A DNA stretch of 63,601 bases, the filler included, from Phoronis australis (lineage: Eukaryota; Animalia; Phoronida): assembly GCA_002633005.1 (NCBI GenBank). It is 10 parts of 10 records of this genome, joined end to end, with 100 filler letters (N's around TTAATTAATTAA, not from the genome) between each part and the next. Parts side by side here need not be neighbours in the genome. Positions count along the whole stretch, not along the records: positions 61,881 to 63,601 come from NMRA01002591.1; 9 more parts are not named here. One strand, written 5' to 3'. A model generated the notes under the pieces. It was not told where the DNA came from and did not search any database. It saw nothing but the letters and a program-made list of their open reading frames with translations. Shown here piece by piece: positions 62,179 to 63,601 of the stretch. The position numbers and the translations under genes are program-made. Every line of letters begins with the position of its first letter. Within the stretch, counting starts at the first letter, position 1.

Positions 62179-63319
62179 GCTGGTATACATGTAGGTCATC
62201 CAACATACAAGTAGGTCATCGAGCACACATAGGAATACTACTGCCATATACATTGAATTCTGCGGATGACTCAACATTCCCAGATGAAATGAATTCGAGG
62301 TAGGATATCGCGGTAGTATTCCTATATAAAGTGCGGGATAACCTACCAGTCCCATTTACAATAATGAACTCATTTGCATCGCAGCGACATCTTGCCCACG
62401 TGTTATGGCTTGTTGTGTGACATGATGCACATGCGACGACTACCCGCGCCCGATAAGGATACGATAATCTGTGGTGTTTATTTAAGTTTTATTTCATGTT
62501 CATTTCATAAGAATTTTAAGTTTGTGAAATATTCAAGTTAAAACAACGAACCATGTAATAATATTTAATGTTCGTAGGTAACTTAGAAACAATCCATTCT
62601 GGAAATTATAACTTGAAGCATTAACTGTATTGTTGTGCGTGCGTGTGTTTCAGCTTCAATGAGTTTTTAAATTTTCTGAGTCTACTGCCTTGTCTTGTCT
62701 TGTCTTGTCTTGTCTTAGTTTCTGGAATAGGGATACAAGTAAAATTATTCCCCCGTGTTGATCACAGCACGAGAAAAGTAAGCGGGGGGGAAATGTGCCG
62801 ACATTCAGAACTTGAGGTAACGAGTGCCTCCCAAAAACAGATTTTACGCTACCATTGAGGAACCAGAGTCGAGCAATGCAGCGAATTGTCGGTTGTACTG
62901 GTAAAAAACACATACTGGATATTAGGTTGCAATTTCCCGTAAATCTCTGAGTTTTCAGTGTAGATGTACATGTGCTGTATGCAACGGTAACAAAACGTTT
63001 TGTTTGATTGAAATTAAATTAATCCTCATTTTGTTGGCGACCCTAAGTGCTAGGCAATTGACCCATTTATTTTGACCCAGATTAGTACTAGCCAAGATCT
63101 AAAAATGGCCGCATGATCACCGTGCATCGAATCTTTCGTCGGAGAAAGTGAACGTGAATTGTCGACACATTTATAAATACCACGTCATACATGTAGCGTA
63201 ATCCCGATTCTCACATGACCTTGAAATCTTCATACCATTTACAATGTCCGGAAGTTTCGTTACTTTGCTTGTAACATCATCAGTAAATTGTACACCAGAA
63301 TGTGTCTTTCAGATAGCAC

Positions 63320-63601
63320 TAAAACCTGTGACCTACCAGAAATGTTAAGTTTATTCATTACCAACTTTACCCAAATCAGCCCATCCGTTTCTGAATCAAT
63401 AACTATAACAAACCACAAAAATTTCAAAGACTATCCTCCCTCGTCAAACAAATTTAAATTCTCCCTCTAATACATAAATAATAAATATTATTATAAGGGT
63501 CATGGACAACAAATAGCCCTGGTCATGACAACTTATCATCCAAAGCTATCACAAGCATTTCCTTTATAAGTGAACCTCTTACAACCAGTGTTGCTCTCTA
63601 T
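63320..63601 (+). mobile_element. Degenerate CR1/L2-group LINE fragment upstream of the RT domain
   Basis: With frameshifts: NFTQISPSVSESI...NFKDY...FKFSL...GHDNLSSKAI...ISEPLT. Confidence 0.5.

Overview
This is repeat-rich eukaryotic genomic DNA from a draft scaffold, most likely an invertebrate animal (inferred from spliceosomal introns and animal-type transposons). Nine gaps carry an artificial N-TTAATTAATTAA-N linker and one gap is plain N. Two host genes are recognisable. The first is an arylamine N-acetyltransferase with an intronless ORF (10750-11649, +) and an intact Cys-His-Asp triad. The second is a zinc carboxypeptidase of subfamily M14A, of which four in-frame exons are visible (44466-53752, +); its first and last exons were not found. 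Most of the rest is transposon debris. The dominant theme is TTAA-targeting Kolobok-type DNA transposons: at least three families carry a THAP zinc-finger remnant facing a remnant of a KolX/P2X7-ballast-like gene, and one ~1.7-kb internally deleted family has four copies. Also present are an Academ-like element nested in an I/Loa-group LINE inside a carboxypeptidase intron, L2/CR1 and Tx1 LINE fragments, DIRS/Ngaro fragments, a tRNA-derived SINE, several MITEs, a ~110-bp minisatellite and a triplet microsatellite. I found no CRISPR array and no clearly new multi-gene system. The best leads are the Kolobok architecture, two complementary halves of one Kolobok family, atypical motifs in both enzymes, and a weak Mab-21/cGAS-like relic. 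All family calls come from manual motif recognition, not from database searches.
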